From: Blastocatellia bacterium
Lineage (GTDB): Bacteria; Acidobacteriota; Blastocatellia; Chloracidobacteriales; JADJPF01
DNA: 64,000 nt
Assembly (NCBI GenBank): GCA_016713405.1
Contig: JADJPF010000020.1
Location: 616,862-680,861, forward strand
Direction: 5' to 3'
Shown piece by piece: positions 46,567-57,220 of the stretch. Within the stretch, counting starts at the first letter, position 1, and the number at the start of each line of letters is the position of its first letter. The translations under genes and the position numbers were made by a program. The notes under the pieces were generated by a model. It was given only the letters and a program-made list of their open reading frames with translations, was not told where the DNA came from and did no database searches.

Positions 46567-48408
46567 TTATTTTTTTTGATCTGCTAATTCATTTAAGGCT
46601 GGATCAAGTTCTGAAAGATTGTCATTTGATTTGTCTAATTCTCTTAATTCTCTTAATTCTCCTAATTCGCCTATTTGTAAAAATAGGCGATCGTAGACAA
46701 ATAAATGTAACCAAACTAAAGGAAAACATAATGCAGGAAGTAAGGCTTTTGCCCAGAAATTAAACCAGTTTTGTCTTAATTTTGAATAAAATTTAGCTAA
46801 AATTATACGTAAGAACAATAATATTGCTAAAATAGGGCTAATTGTTAATATTGCTTGATTTAAAGGAATATTTAATATTGTTTGGACATGCTCAATATTC
46901 CAAATAATGCTTAAAATAGAAAAAATACCAAGAAGAATTAAAAGAAAAACTAGAAATAATACTGTTAAACTAATAGTTCTTACTTGAGAATTTAAGCGAA
47001 ATACTTTAAGAAATCTTTCAGTAGCTACTTTAAGCTGAAATAAAAAGTCTTCAGTAGGTTGGCGCATTAGAGGAGCAATTTTTAGAAAATTCCAATTTAT
47101 CTTATTAGCTTGTTTTTTAATAAATACTTGTTGAAAAGATGTTTGGTCAAAAGTTTGCTCACTAAGCTTATAGCCATAATACATCAAGGAATCTGCTTCT
47201 AAGTTAGTAAATGAATCTAAATGCGTTCGTACTCGTGCTAATAACTGTTGAACTTTTGGATCTATGCCAGTTTTATCACTATCTAACTTAGTAGTTGGTA
47301 AATCAGGGCTTAGAGAATTATTAGAGTCTGATAAGTGGTGTTTAGTAGTAATTGGAAAGTTTTTTCTTAAATGAATAAAAGCAGTATGGTTTTTATGCTT
47401 ACCTGTTAGCATTCTTAAGAGTTGTTCTTCTCTAAGTCGATCTCCTAGCATACTTCTTACTCTTAGAAGTAAACCATCTGTACGTAAATCTGGGCGCGTT
47501 TCAAACTCTAACGGACGACAAGCATCACTAATAATAAAATCTGTACAACCAAAAGTAAGTAACCCTGCAATTCCTTGGTTATCGTGTACTCCAGCATCAA
47601 CTAATTGTAGTTGAATATCATCTGGATATAGCCCATCTATTTTTATTGGTGCAAAAACACCAGGCAGTGCAGCAGAGGCAGCAACAGCGTGGCTTAAAAG
47701 AAAATTTTTATGCTTATCTTTTAATTTTTGGTAGCTTTCTGGTCTAAGTAATCTAGGGTTTTTATCTACACTTTGCCAATCTAGGGTGTCACGGGGATGT
47801 TCTCCCATATGAGTAGCTTCAAAATACCAATTGCGACCAGTGTTTAAGAGGGCAGCATTGATAAGCAAAACGGGGACTTTTGCTTGGCGGGATGGATTAT
47901 CTTTTAAGGGGTAAAAATTATTATTTTCTCCTTTAGGAATAATCTTTAAATCAGACATTTTTATAGGTTCTTTGCTGTTTTTATTAAAAACTGGTCTATA
48001 AAAATGCTCTTCATAAAGCTCTGCTAAACGTATGCTAGAATTATAGTTATCCCCAGCCATACGGATAGTCTTAAAAGGATTCTTATAAGCTGTCATAATA
48101 ATATTTTTTTGAACAGCTTTAAGAAAATCTACTTCTATTTTTTGTAAGATATCTAAGTAATCTTTATTAGAAATTTCATCGTCAGACTTGGTTTCCAGTA
48201 AATTTTTTAGATGTAAATAATAAAGTGCGCCAATAATGGAACCACCTGAGACAGTAGAAATAACTTCCACCTGTCTTAATAATCCTATTTCAGCTAGATG
48301 TGCTAGTAGGCCAATATGGAAGAAAGAAGCACGAAAACCGCCCCCAGAAAGTGCTAAGCCCAATTTAGGTAGATTAGGATTAGCATTTTCTAAGAACGGT
48401 TTTAACAT
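46567..48408 (-). CDS. patatin-like phospholipase with C-terminal transmembrane region
   Basis: GLALSGGGFRASFFHIG (oxyanion Gly-rich loop), GxSxG as VSGGS, catalytic Asp in DAGVHDNQG, and C-terminal hydrophobic helices. A 9-nt x4 repeat at 46635-46670 encodes (G/R)EL. Confidence 0.8.
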   Translation of the reverse strand: MLKPFLENANPNLPKLGLALSGGGFRASFFHIGLLAHLAEIGLLRQVEVISTVSGGSIIGALYYLHLKNLLETKSDDEISNKDYLDILQKIEVDFLKAVQKNIIMTAYKNPFKTIRMAGDNYNSSIRLAELYEEHFYRPVFNKNSKEPIKMSDLKIIPKGENNNFYPLKDNPSRQAKVPVLLINAALLNTGRNWYFEATHMGEHPRDTLDWQSVDKNPRLLRPESYQKLKDKHKNFLLSHAVAASAALPGVFAPIKIDGLYPDDIQLQLVDAGVHDNQGIAGLLTFGCTDFIISDACRPLEFETRPDLRTDGLLLRVRSMLGDRLREEQLLRMLTGKHKNHTAFIHLRKNFPITTKHHLSDSNNSLSPDLPTTKLDSDKTGIDPKVQQLLARVRTHLDSFTNLEADSLMYYGYKLSEQTFDQTSFQQVFIKKQANKINWNFLKIAPLMRQPTEDFLFQLKVATERFLKVFRLNSQVRTISLTVLFLVFLLILLGIFSILSIIWNIEHVQTILNIPLNQAILTISPILAILLFLRIILAKFYSKLRQNWFNFWAKALLPALCFPLVWLHLFVYDRLFLQIGELGELRELRELDKSNDNLSELDPALNELADQKK

Positions 48409-48445
48409 AATTACCTACTATATTAAGCTAGGAAAGTAAATTTAC

Positions 48446-49012
48446 TTATCGGTAATAAGGGTTTGCACCACCAGCATGATCTGTAGCATCTAAGATTTGT
48501 CCAATGCTAGGAACTGCTTCACGAATCATACGTTCAATTCCCATTTTCAAAGTCATATTAGCCGAGCCACAACCTTGGCAACCGCCACCCATGCGAATAT
48601 AAACATTATTGTTTTCTACATTAATTAAATCTACAAAACCACCATGTGAAGCTACACTAGGATTAATTTGTAGATCTAATACTTCTTGAACTTTTTTTCT
48701 AAGCTCTTCTGTTGATAGAGTGTTAGCATAAACTTCTGGTTGTAAAAAAGCGCGAATAAAGCCGCCAATACGTTTTCCAATAACTGACCAATCATCATGA
48801 CCATCTTTTACAACAGTTAATACATTGTCAGCTATTTCCGCTTTTTTGATTTCAGGAATGCTAAAAAGGTTTTCTGCTAAAGCGTTTCCTTTTGCAGATG
48901 TTTTGCTTGTAAAACTAGCAGTACCATTAATTAGCGGTCTATCTGCCATAAAACGGCAAGTATTTATGTCTTGTTTATCTACATTAGCTTTAATCATTAT
49001 TGCTTGACTCAT
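48446..49012 (-). CDS. NifU/Nfu-type Fe-S cluster scaffold/carrier protein
   Basis: Nfu_N-like N-terminal half. C-terminal HGGFVDLINVENNNVYIRMGGGCQGCGSANMTLKMGIE with CxxC. Confidence 0.8.
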   Translation of the reverse strand: MSQAIMIKANVDKQDINTCRFMADRPLINGTASFTSKTSAKGNALAENLFSIPEIKKAEIADNVLTVVKDGHDDWSVIGKRIGGFIRAFLQPEVYANTLSTEELRKKVQEVLDLQINPSVASHGGFVDLINVENNNVYIRMGGGCQGCGSANMTLKMGIERMIREAVPSIGQILDATDHAGGANPYYR

Positions 49013-49314
49013 TATTTTTTATTCCTCCAAAATAAAGTTGTTATTTTGCGCTCATTATAACAACTTAAATAATTAGCTGCGACTAGCTTTGCACTACTTA
49101 CCGATAAGTGTATTTATTGGAGACAAAAAACTAAGTAGTAAAATCTTGTATTTAATAATAGCTTTTAACATACACATATAATCTATAAGCTATATTTTTT
49201 ATCCCTACTAAAATATTTAATTTCTTGCAAATAGCTTATTGATTATAATATATTTCTTTTAGCATATTAATTATATATTTATATAGTTATATTATTAAAT
49301 ATAGGTGGGTATTT

Positions 49315-49665
49315 ATGAGTAAATCTTCTAGTAAGCCAAATATGTCAATGGAAGCATTAGAATTAGTGGCAGAACGTTTTAAGGCTTTGTCTGAGCCAAT
49401 TAGACTTCGTATTTTACAAGAATTACATGATGGTGAAATGAGTGTTTCGGAAATTACACAAGTAATAGATTCTAGTCAGCCTAATGTAAGCAAACACTTA
49501 AAGTTATTACAAGATGCTGGCCTACTAGCACGACGACAAGAAGGAAATACAGTTTATTACTCTATTTCTGATAAAGTAATTTTTGATATTTGCGAAATAG
49601 TTTGTAATAGTTTACGGGAAAAATTTTCTGCTAAAGCTGATGCTCTTAGTCTTAAATTAAAATAA
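49315..49665 (+). CDS. ArsR/SmtB-family transcriptional regulator
   Basis: LSEPIRLRILQELHDGEMSVSEITQVIDSSQPNVSKHLKLLQDAGLLARRQEGNTVYY. Confidence 0.85.
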   Translation: MSKSSSKPNMSMEALELVAERFKALSEPIRLRILQELHDGEMSVSEITQVIDSSQPNVSKHLKLLQDAGLLARRQEGNTVYYSISDKVIFDICEIVCNSLREKFSAKADALSLKLK

Positions 49666-49857
49666 TTATCTTAAGTTACAAAGTTTGTTTTCAGTTATTG
49701 CAAGTAAGTCAAAGCTTAACTAAACTTAGCTACCAAGACTCTAACGAAATTAAAAGTTTTAACTGTTTCAATCGACACATTTTTCTAAATTTCTAAAACA
49801 ATTTAGCTAAACAACAAAAATTTTATTTCATCAGCATATAAAAACTTAGGAGCTTTT

Positions 49858-52810
49858 ATGAAGTGGACTAACACACTAAAACATTTTTTCTTGTTTTTAA
49901 TTTGTTTTCAATTAATGACTTTAGGCTTGCCAATAGCAAACAATGAAGTTTTAGCTAAACCTAGAACATCAAAAAAGCTAGAAATGAATCCTGAAATACT
50001 TCCTGGACTTGCTGCAAAAGTTGATGTTGTGGAAGATGAATTTGGAACGCCACATATTTTTGGCAAAAACTTTAAGGATGTTTTTTTTATGCAGGGCTTT
50101 TTGCATGCACGGGATAGATTTTTCCAAATGGATGTTACACGTCGCACGGTTGAAGGCTCTTTAGCTGAATTACTTGGCGTTGGGCCAAATAACAGTATTT
50201 TATCTAGCGATGTGCAATTGCGAGGCTTAAATCTTAAAGCTTCTGTCACCAAAGCTTTATCAATGATGCAAAAAGAAACTCGACAATTCTTAAAAGCTTA
50301 TAGTGATGGTGTTAATGCCTACTTAAAAGACAACCCACTACCAGCAGAATATCAAGCATTAAAAATCACCCAAAAACGTATGTGGACGGAAACAGACTGT
50401 TTATTAGTTGGTAAAGGTTTAGCACTAAGTCTTTCTTTTGACACAGGCGATATTAACAACACATTAGCTTTACAAGCTTATCAAGCAGCAGGTATGGCGC
50501 AAGGTTTTGATGGTTCAGCATTATTTTTTGAAGATGTATTTCGTGTAGCTCCTTTTGACCCAAGTTTTTCTATTCCTGACGCAACGGGTCGGCCATTTTC
50601 TACCACTGGCACTAAAGCTAATAATCAAAGACTTAGTGCTAAAGTCCAAGAGCAGCAAAAATGGGCTAAACATATTTCTGACACAATTAAGCCTGAAACT
50701 TTAGAAATGGCTCAAGACTACTTAAATAAAGTTAAAAATATTCCTCTGCTAGCTAATGGTGCTGAAGGTCATGACCCAGATCGTGGAAGCAATTGGTTTA
50801 TTTTAAGTGGTAGACTAACTGATTCTGGCGCACCGCTTTTAAATAATGATCCTCACTTAGGGTTTAATACTCCTCCAATTTGGTATCAAGTTCAACTTAA
50901 TGTTACAAAAGGCAAAGGCAAAAAATTACTTAATGTTACAGGAGTAAGTTTAGCTGGGGTGCCTGGTGTGGTTTTAGGCCATAATGATGATATTGCTTGG
51001 GGTGCAACCACTTCAAACTTTGATGTTACAGATGTTTATCAAGAACAAATTAAAGCACAATTTGGTAGTGTATCAATTATTCATGATGGCAAAGAAGAAC
51101 CTGTAATATTTCGAGATGAGTTTTTCCGAGCAAATCAAGTGGTAGATGGTATGAATGATAATTTAGTTATGATACCTGCTAGTGATTCTGTTCCTGGCCG
51201 ATTTCCTTCTGTTCCACGTCGTAATGGTGGCCCAATTGTATCTATTAACTTATCTGCTCAAACAGCTTTAACACTGCAATATACTGGCTTTGGGCCAACT
51301 TTAGAAGTAGAAACATTTCTTGGCTTTAACCGTGCAAAAAATGTTGATGATTTCAAAAAAGCATTAGAGTTTTTTGATGTTGGATCACAAAACTTTTCTG
51401 TGATTACCACAACAGGCGATATGGCTTATTTTACAACAGGCGAAGTGCCTATAAGAGAAGACCTAGAAGCAGGTAAAGTTAACGGCGCACCTCCGTTTTT
51501 AATTCGTAATGGTGTAACTGGTAATGAATGGATGAGCATTAGAAATCGTCAACCAAACCAAGTCTTACAATATGAAATTTTGCCTTTTAATGAGCTACCT
51601 CAAGTCGTCAATCCAACCAACGGTTTTGTAGTTACTGCAAACGCTGACCCAACAGGTATTACAGCCAACAACAACCCATTTGAGCGTAAACGAGCAACAG
51701 GGGGAATCTATTATCTAGCTGCTACTGGTTATGCTTCGGGTGCGCGTAATGCACGATTAACAAAAGATATTCAAGAAGCTATTGCAAGCGGGCAGAAAAT
51801 TACAGTTGAAATGGCCCGACGTTTTCAAGCAGATGTAAGAATGCGTGATGCAGAAATTTTAATGCCATTTATTCAACAAGCTTTTGCTAATGCTACAGCC
51901 GTAAATGCTCCAACTGAACTTTCTGCACTAGCCAAAGATGCAGGTATAAGTGAAGCTGTAAATCGCTTTAAGACTTGGGATTTTAGCACCCCTACAGGCT
52001 TAAAATCTGGTTATGATTCTTTTGTAGCTTTTGGCAGTGACCCTTCACAAAAACAAATTGATGATAGTGTTTCTACCACAATTTATAGCCTGTGGCGTTC
52101 ACAAATGGTTAGAGATACTATTGATGCCACACTTCAATCAATGCAATTAACTAGACTTCCTGATAATGCTACCTCTATGGCATCTCTTCGTAATTTACTA
52201 GATAAATTTTCATCCAACAAAGGAAAAGGTGTTTCAGGAATATTTTTCTTTGGAAATACTGGTTTAGATAGTGCAAGTCCTGAAGTACAAAGAGATTTTG
52301 TTATTTTACGTAGCTTGCGACGTGCTTTAGATTCATTGGCGGCCAGATTTTGCTCTAGCTTTCCAAGGCTCTACCAAACAAAGTGATTATCGTTGGGGAG
52401 CTTTACATCGTGTTTCCTTCCCAAGTATGTTAGGGGTAAATACTGATTTTACAATTCCTTCTGTTAATGGCAAGTTCCAATCTCCAGTTCCAGGGCTTTT
52501 TGGACTACCTAGAGACGGAGGTTTTGATGTTCCAAACGCTTCTGGACATTCAGTTAGAGCTAGGGGAGTCAATGATTTTACTTTTAGAAGTGGGCCTAGC
52601 AAACGCACAACTATTGTTATGAAACCTGGGGCAATTGATTTTACTACTGCTATACCAGGTGGACAAAGTGCAGCACCTAATAGCAAATTCTTTGATAATT
52701 TACTTCAGTTTTGGTTAACAGCAGATGTTTATCCTGTACGTGATATTACTAAGCCAACTGCGGCACCAAATGAAAAACGTACTACTTTTGCTCCATTCAG
52801 AAAAGAGTAG
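49858..52810 (+). pseudogene. penicillin acylase (Ntn-hydrolase, S45) family protein, one frameshift
   Basis: Signal peptide, FMQGFLHARDRFFQMD, nucleophile context DRGSNWFILSG, NDPHL. 49858-52386 joins 52427-52810 through ..SLA|(G)PDFALAFQGSTKQSDYRWGALHRVSFPSMLG.. with the lesion near 52339-52345. Confidence 0.85.
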
Positions 52811-52843
52811 GTCTTACTATAAATAAACAATTTTGTTAAATTT

Positions 52844-52870
52844 TAGCCCAGCAGATAGATCGCTGGGCTA
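52844..52870 (+). terminator. hairpin downstream of the acylase gene
   Basis: 9-bp stem tagcccagc/gctgggcta with a 9-nt loop and a weak T-rich tail. Confidence 0.5.
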
Positions 52871-53004
52871 ATAATTTGTTGATACTATTATTGTTCTCGT
52901 TTTTGATAATAGCTTGTCCCAGAAACGGGCACCACATCTTGATTTTCCTTCTAGTTATTTTAGCTAAGTCCAATTAGATAAGTAGTTAACTAATAATACT
53001 TGAG

Positions 53005-53020
53005 TGGCATAGAAGTTTCT
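53005..53020 (+). promoter_or_regulatory. weaker candidate sigma54 promoter upstream of the HlyD-ABC-ABC-activator cluster
   Basis: TGGCATagaagTTTCT has the correct GG-N10 spacing, but the -12 element is TC instead of GC. It sits 25 nt upstream of ATG 53045. Confidence 0.3.
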
Positions 53021-53044
53021 TTATAGTTAGCTTGGAGGCATTAA

Positions 53045-54298
53045 ATGGACATTCAGCGCAAAGGCGTTAGTCGCAACCGCAAAATTCGCAATATTGTTTA
53101 TCTAGTCCTAACACTAGTTGTTATTGCTGGTGTTAGCGTTGGTCTATCAAAGTTAAAACCTGCTGCTCCAACTGTTGAACGCTCTACAATTTGGGTTGAC
53201 AGTGTTAAACAAGGCGCGATGCTGCGCCAAGTTCGCGGATTAGGAACATTAGTTCCTGAAGACATTCGTTTTATTCCTGCCACAACTCAGGGCAGAGTAG
53301 AAAAAATTCTTGTCCGTCCCGGTGCAATGGTGACACCTGACACAGTTTTAATGGTGTTAAGCAACCCAGAGCTTGATCAATCTGTTCAAGATGTAGACCT
53401 TCAACTAAAAGGCGCAGAAGCTGATTATGCTACATTACAAGTAAAATTAGAAAGCCAACAATTAGACCAACAAGCCATTGCTGCTAGTGTTCAAGCTGAT
53501 TATAACCAAGCAAAATTACAAGCTGAAGCAAACGAAGAACTTTATAACAAAGGGTTACTTTCAGAATTACTTTATAAAGTAGCTAAAAATAAAGTTTCAG
53601 AACTAGCCACACGTTGCCAAATTGAAGAAAAACGTATAACAATTAGTTCAGAGTCCACTAAAGCCCAATTAGTAGCTCAACAAGCTAAAACTGACCAATT
53701 ACGCGCCCTTTATCAACTAAGACGAAACCAATTAGATTCGCTTAACGTTCGCGCGGGTAGCAATGGAGTCTTACAACAATTATCAGTTGAAGTAGGCCAA
53801 CAAGTCACCATTGGCACAAATCTAGCTCGTGTTGCCGACCCTAGTCGCTTAAAAGCAGAATTAAAAATTGCAGAAACTCAAGCTAAAGATATTCAAGTAG
53901 GGCAAAATGCTACAATTGATACTCGTAATGGAATTATTGCAGGCCAAGTTACTCGAATAGATCCAGCCGTGTTACAAGGCACTGTTACTGTAGATGTTGC
54001 TTTACTAGAATAACTGCCTAAAGGCGCACGTCCTGATTTAAGCGTAGATGGTACAATTGAGTTAGAAAATTTAACTAATATTCTTTATGTTGGTCGACCT
54101 GTTCATGGTCAAGCTAATAGCACAATAGGCTTATTTAAGCTAGATAGCACTGGAAAAGAAGCCATTCGTGTAACTGTAAAACTTGGTCGTAGTTCTGTTA
54201 ATACAATTGAAGTTATAGAAGGTCTTTCTGTAGGAGAACAAGTAATTCTTTCCGATATGTCTGCTTGGGATGCTTATAATCGTGTCCGATTAAATTAA
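53045..54298 (+). pseudogene. HlyD-family membrane fusion protein, single in-frame TAA
   Basis: N-terminal TM IVYLVLTLVVIAGVSVGL and a coiled coil. ORF 53045-54013 stops at TAA 54011-54013, but the same frame continues LPKGARPDLSVDGTIELENL...VILSDMSAWDAYNRVRLN to TAA 54296-54298. Confidence 0.8.
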
Positions 54299-54328
54299 AA
54301 GTCTGATAAATCAAGGAGAACAATAACA

Positions 54329-55042
54329 ATGAGTAAAGCTGACCAGCCCTTAATACGCTTAGAAGGAGTAACTAAAGTTTTTTATACCGATGAAGTAGAA
54401 ACACACGCCCTTTCAGGCATTGAGCTAGAAATCCGATCAGGTGAATATGTTTCTATTGCTGGGCCATCTGGTTGCGGTAAATCTACGTTACTATCAATCT
54501 TAGGTCTACTTGATACACCCAGCCAAGGAAGTTATGCCTTAAATGGTAAACCTGTAGAAAAGCTAACTTTACCCGAACGCGCCAGAATTCGTAATCAAGA
54601 AATAGGCTTTATTTTTCAGAGTTTTAATTTAATTGGAGATTTAACAGTTTATGAAAATGTTGAACTGCCGCTAACTTACCGAGGTATGGCAGCCACAGAA
54701 CGTAGAAAACTAGTCAATGAAGCATTAGAAAAAGTTGGTATGGGACATCGTGCTAAACACCTTCCTAGTCAGCTTTCCGGCGGGCAACAACAACGTGTTG
54801 CTGTTGCACGTGCAATTGCTGGGCAACCGCTAATTTTGATGGCTGATGAACCTACAGGAAACTTGGATTCAAAAAATGGTGATGCTGTAATGGAACTTTT
54901 AAGAGACTTACACCGAGGCGGTGCAACCATTTGTATGGTGACACACGACCAACGATTTGCCCGACACGCTGATAGAACTGTCCATCTTTTTGATGGTCGT
55001 ATTGTAGAAGAGCGAATGACTGTCAATAGTGCGACTGCCTAG
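54329..55042 (+). CDS. ABC transporter ATP-binding protein (MacB/LolD-like)
   Basis: Walker A GPSGCGKST, signature LSGGQQQRVAVARAI, Walker B LILMADEPT, H-loop MVTHD. Confidence 0.9.
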   Translation: MSKADQPLIRLEGVTKVFYTDEVETHALSGIELEIRSGEYVSIAGPSGCGKSTLLSILGLLDTPSQGSYALNGKPVEKLTLPERARIRNQEIGFIFQSFNLIGDLTVYENVELPLTYRGMAATERRKLVNEALEKVGMGHRAKHLPSQLSGGQQQRVAVARAIAGQPLILMADEPTGNLDSKNGDAVMELLRDLHRGGATICMVTHDQRFARHADRTVHLFDGRIVEERMTVNSATA

Positions 55043-55141
55043 AACAAAACTACTCCTTGGTTGATGAAAACATGTTTTTACCAACCAAAATCACATTATA
55101 ATAGCCTAAGTTATACTCTTAGGCTATCTACTGGTTTATTT

Positions 55142-55798
55142 ATGATATCACTACGAGATATAGATAAAGTTTATTCTCATGGCGTAAGTAAAACTTATGT
55201 ACTTCGCAAAGTAGCCTTTTATGTTTCAGAAGGCGAGTTTATTTCAATAATGGAATATCTGGAGCAGGAAAATCACCTTGCTACATTTGTTAGAATGCAT
55301 GATAGTTCTTGGACGGGTGAATATTATTTTTAGATCATCCAGTTCATAAATTAGGTAAGAGGGAAAGATCAGATTTACATAAAAAAATATATTGGTTTTG
55401 TATTTCAAAGCTATCAATTACTTGATAATTTAACAGTTTATGAAAATTTAGAAGTACCTCTTTCTTATCGTGATATTAAAAGAAGTGAACGAGATAGCAT
55501 AGTTTGTGATGTTTTAGATCGCTTTCAAATGGTTGGAAAAAAAGACCTTTACCCTAATCAACTGTCTGGTGGACAACAACAATTAGTTGCTATTGCAAGG
55601 GCTGTTATTGCTAAACCAAAGCTGATTTTAGCCGATGAACCAACAGGAAATTTACACTCAGATCAGGGAAGAGAAATTATGGAAATGTTCCGCTTACTTA
55701 ACCAAAGTGGTACAACTATAATCCAAGTTACCCATTCTGAGCAAAATGCTGGTTATGGTAATCGAGTTATTAGACTTAGGGATGGTTGGATAGTTTAA
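55142..55798 (+). pseudogene. second ABC transporter ATP-binding protein, multiple frameshifts
   Basis: MISLRDIDKVY..EGEFISIM, then a Walker A recoverable only after restoring 1-nt deletions (G.SGAGKSTLLHLLG). Next YIGFVFQSYQLLDNLTVYENLEVP in another frame, then 55529-55798 with LSGGQQQLVAIARAV, LILADEPT and QVTHS. Confidence 0.75.
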
Positions 55799-55819
55799 AA
55801 ATTTTTTGAGGTTTAGTTA

Positions 55820-57180
55820 ATGAATTTTCCAAAGGTTTTAGTAGCTGATGATCAGCCACATATTTTAGAAGCTTTAAGACTGTTGCTAAAAAGCGAAGGG
55901 TTTCAAATAGAAACCGCTACATCTCCAGCAGCCGTTTTAAGTGCCATTAACGCAAGAGATTTTGATGCTCTATTAATGGATCTTAATTATGCAAGAGACA
56001 CTACATCAGGCCAAGAAGGACTAGATTTACTTTTCCGTCTACACGCAGTTGATAGCACTTTGCCTATAGTAGTAATGACAGCTTGGGGAAGCGTTGAACT
56101 TGCTGTTGAAGCAATGCGACGTGGAGCAAGAGATTTTGTACAAAAACCCTGGGAAAATGACCGTCTTATTAGTATTTTACGAAACCAAATTGAACTAGGA
56201 CAAGCACTTAGAAAAGGACAACGCTTAGAAGCAGAAAATCAGTTGCTTAGAAATGAGGGCCAAAATGTCCCAAAGTTGATTGCTGAATCTGCAACAATGA
56301 AGCCTATTTTACAAATAATTTCACGTGTCGGGCCATCGGATGCTAACGTGTTAATTACTGGTGAAAATGGAACTGGTAAAGGCTTAGTTGCACAGGCTTT
56401 ACACGCGGTTTCTTCACGTTCGTCTAAGTCTTTAGTAACCGTTAATGCTGGTGGACTTTCAGAAGGAGTTTTTGAAAGTGAGTTGTTTGGTCATGTAAAA
56501 GGTGCTTTTACTGATGCTAAAAGTGAAAGAGTTGGACGATTTGAATTAGCTGATACAGGAACATTATTTTTAGATGAAATTGCTAATGTTCCACTAAATC
56601 TTCAAACTAAATTGCTAAGAGTTTTAGAAACAGGCGAATTTGAGCGCGTTGGATCTTCTCGTACTCGTAAAGCAGATGTAAGAATTATTTCTGCTACCAA
56701 TGCTGATCTTAATGAAGAAGTTAATATAAACCGTTTTCGTCAAGACCTACTTTTTCGATTAAATACAATTGAAATACGCTTGCCACCCTTGCGTAACCGA
56801 CGTGAAGATATACCATTACTTGCATCACATTTCTTACGCCAACATTCTCAACGTTACCGAAAAAAAATTATAGGTATTGATGATGCTGCTATGCAGGAAT
56901 TGCTTAATCACCCTTGGCCCGGCAATGTACGCGAATTAGATCACTCATTAGAAAGAGCCGTGTTGATGGCTCAAGGAACTTCTATAAAAGCCGCAGATTT
57001 AGGTTTAAGAGTTGGACGCGAAACTGCCCTACGTTTAGAGGATATGAGTTTAGAAGATGTAGAATGCCATTAATTAAAAAAGCTCTAGCTCGCTATGAAG
57101 GTAATGTTAGTCGTGCCGCTGAAGCACTAGGATTAAGTAGAAGTGCGCTTTACCGACGACTGCAACGCTACCAACTATAA
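55820..57180 (+). pseudogene. sigma54-dependent response regulator (NtrC family), one frameshift before the HTH
   Basis: Receiver domain (VLVADDQ..LLMDLNY). AAA+ sigma54-interaction domain (GENGTGKG, GAFTDA, ESELFGH). Fis-type HTH NVSRAAEALGLSRSALYRRLQRY is reached by restoring one T at 57070-57071. Confidence 0.85.
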
Positions 57181-57220
57181 ATTTCAAAGTGCGGGCATCC
57201 TGCCCGCATTCCTTTGAAAT
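57181..57220. terminator. strong bidirectional hairpin between convergent genes
   Basis: GC-rich stem tgcgggca-tcc-tgcccgca, extended by atttcaaag / ctttgaaat. Confidence 0.65.

Noticed and set aside
46567-48408. The patatin-like phospholipase as a CBASS-type or other abortive-infection effector.
   Set aside because: No cyclase/nucleotidyltransferase, SAVED or sensor domain is fused or adjacent. The neighbours are an Fe-S carrier gene and lipid-related genes.
48444-49110. 12-nt inverted repeat acttatcggtaa (48444-48455) / ttaccgataagt (49099-49110) flanking exactly the Nfu-type gene, suggesting an invertible or mobile cassette or 5'-3' mRNA pairing.
   Set aside because: A rough estimate suggests several 12-nt inverted matches within 1 kb are expected by chance in a 64-kb AT-rich window. 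One copy is constrained coding sequence at the stop codon. There is no recombinase nearby.
5041-52686. Long antisense or overlapping ORFs from the track (e.g. 5041-5451, 6590-6904, 7664-7963, 27528-27833, 35416-35769, 43046-43351, 49908-50252, 52387-52686).
   Set aside because: Each lies entirely inside, and antisense to, a gene with strong motif support. Their translations are low-complexity or Ser/Cys/Ile-rich with no motifs. I treat them as shadow ORFs.
52927-52942. Second sigma54-like sequence GGGCACcacatcTTGA upstream of the HlyD cluster.
   Set aside because: The GG-to-TTG spacing is one nucleotide too long and the -12 element lacks GC. The 53005-53020 candidate has correct spacing, so this one was not reported as a feature.
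55061-55141. The N-terminal 27 codons of listed ORF 55061-55333 as part of the second ABC ATPase.
   Set aside because: The ABC-type N-terminus (MISLRDIDKVY) begins at ATG 55142. The upstream codons (MMKTCFYQPKSHYNSLSYTLRLSTGLF) have no counterpart in ABC ATPases.
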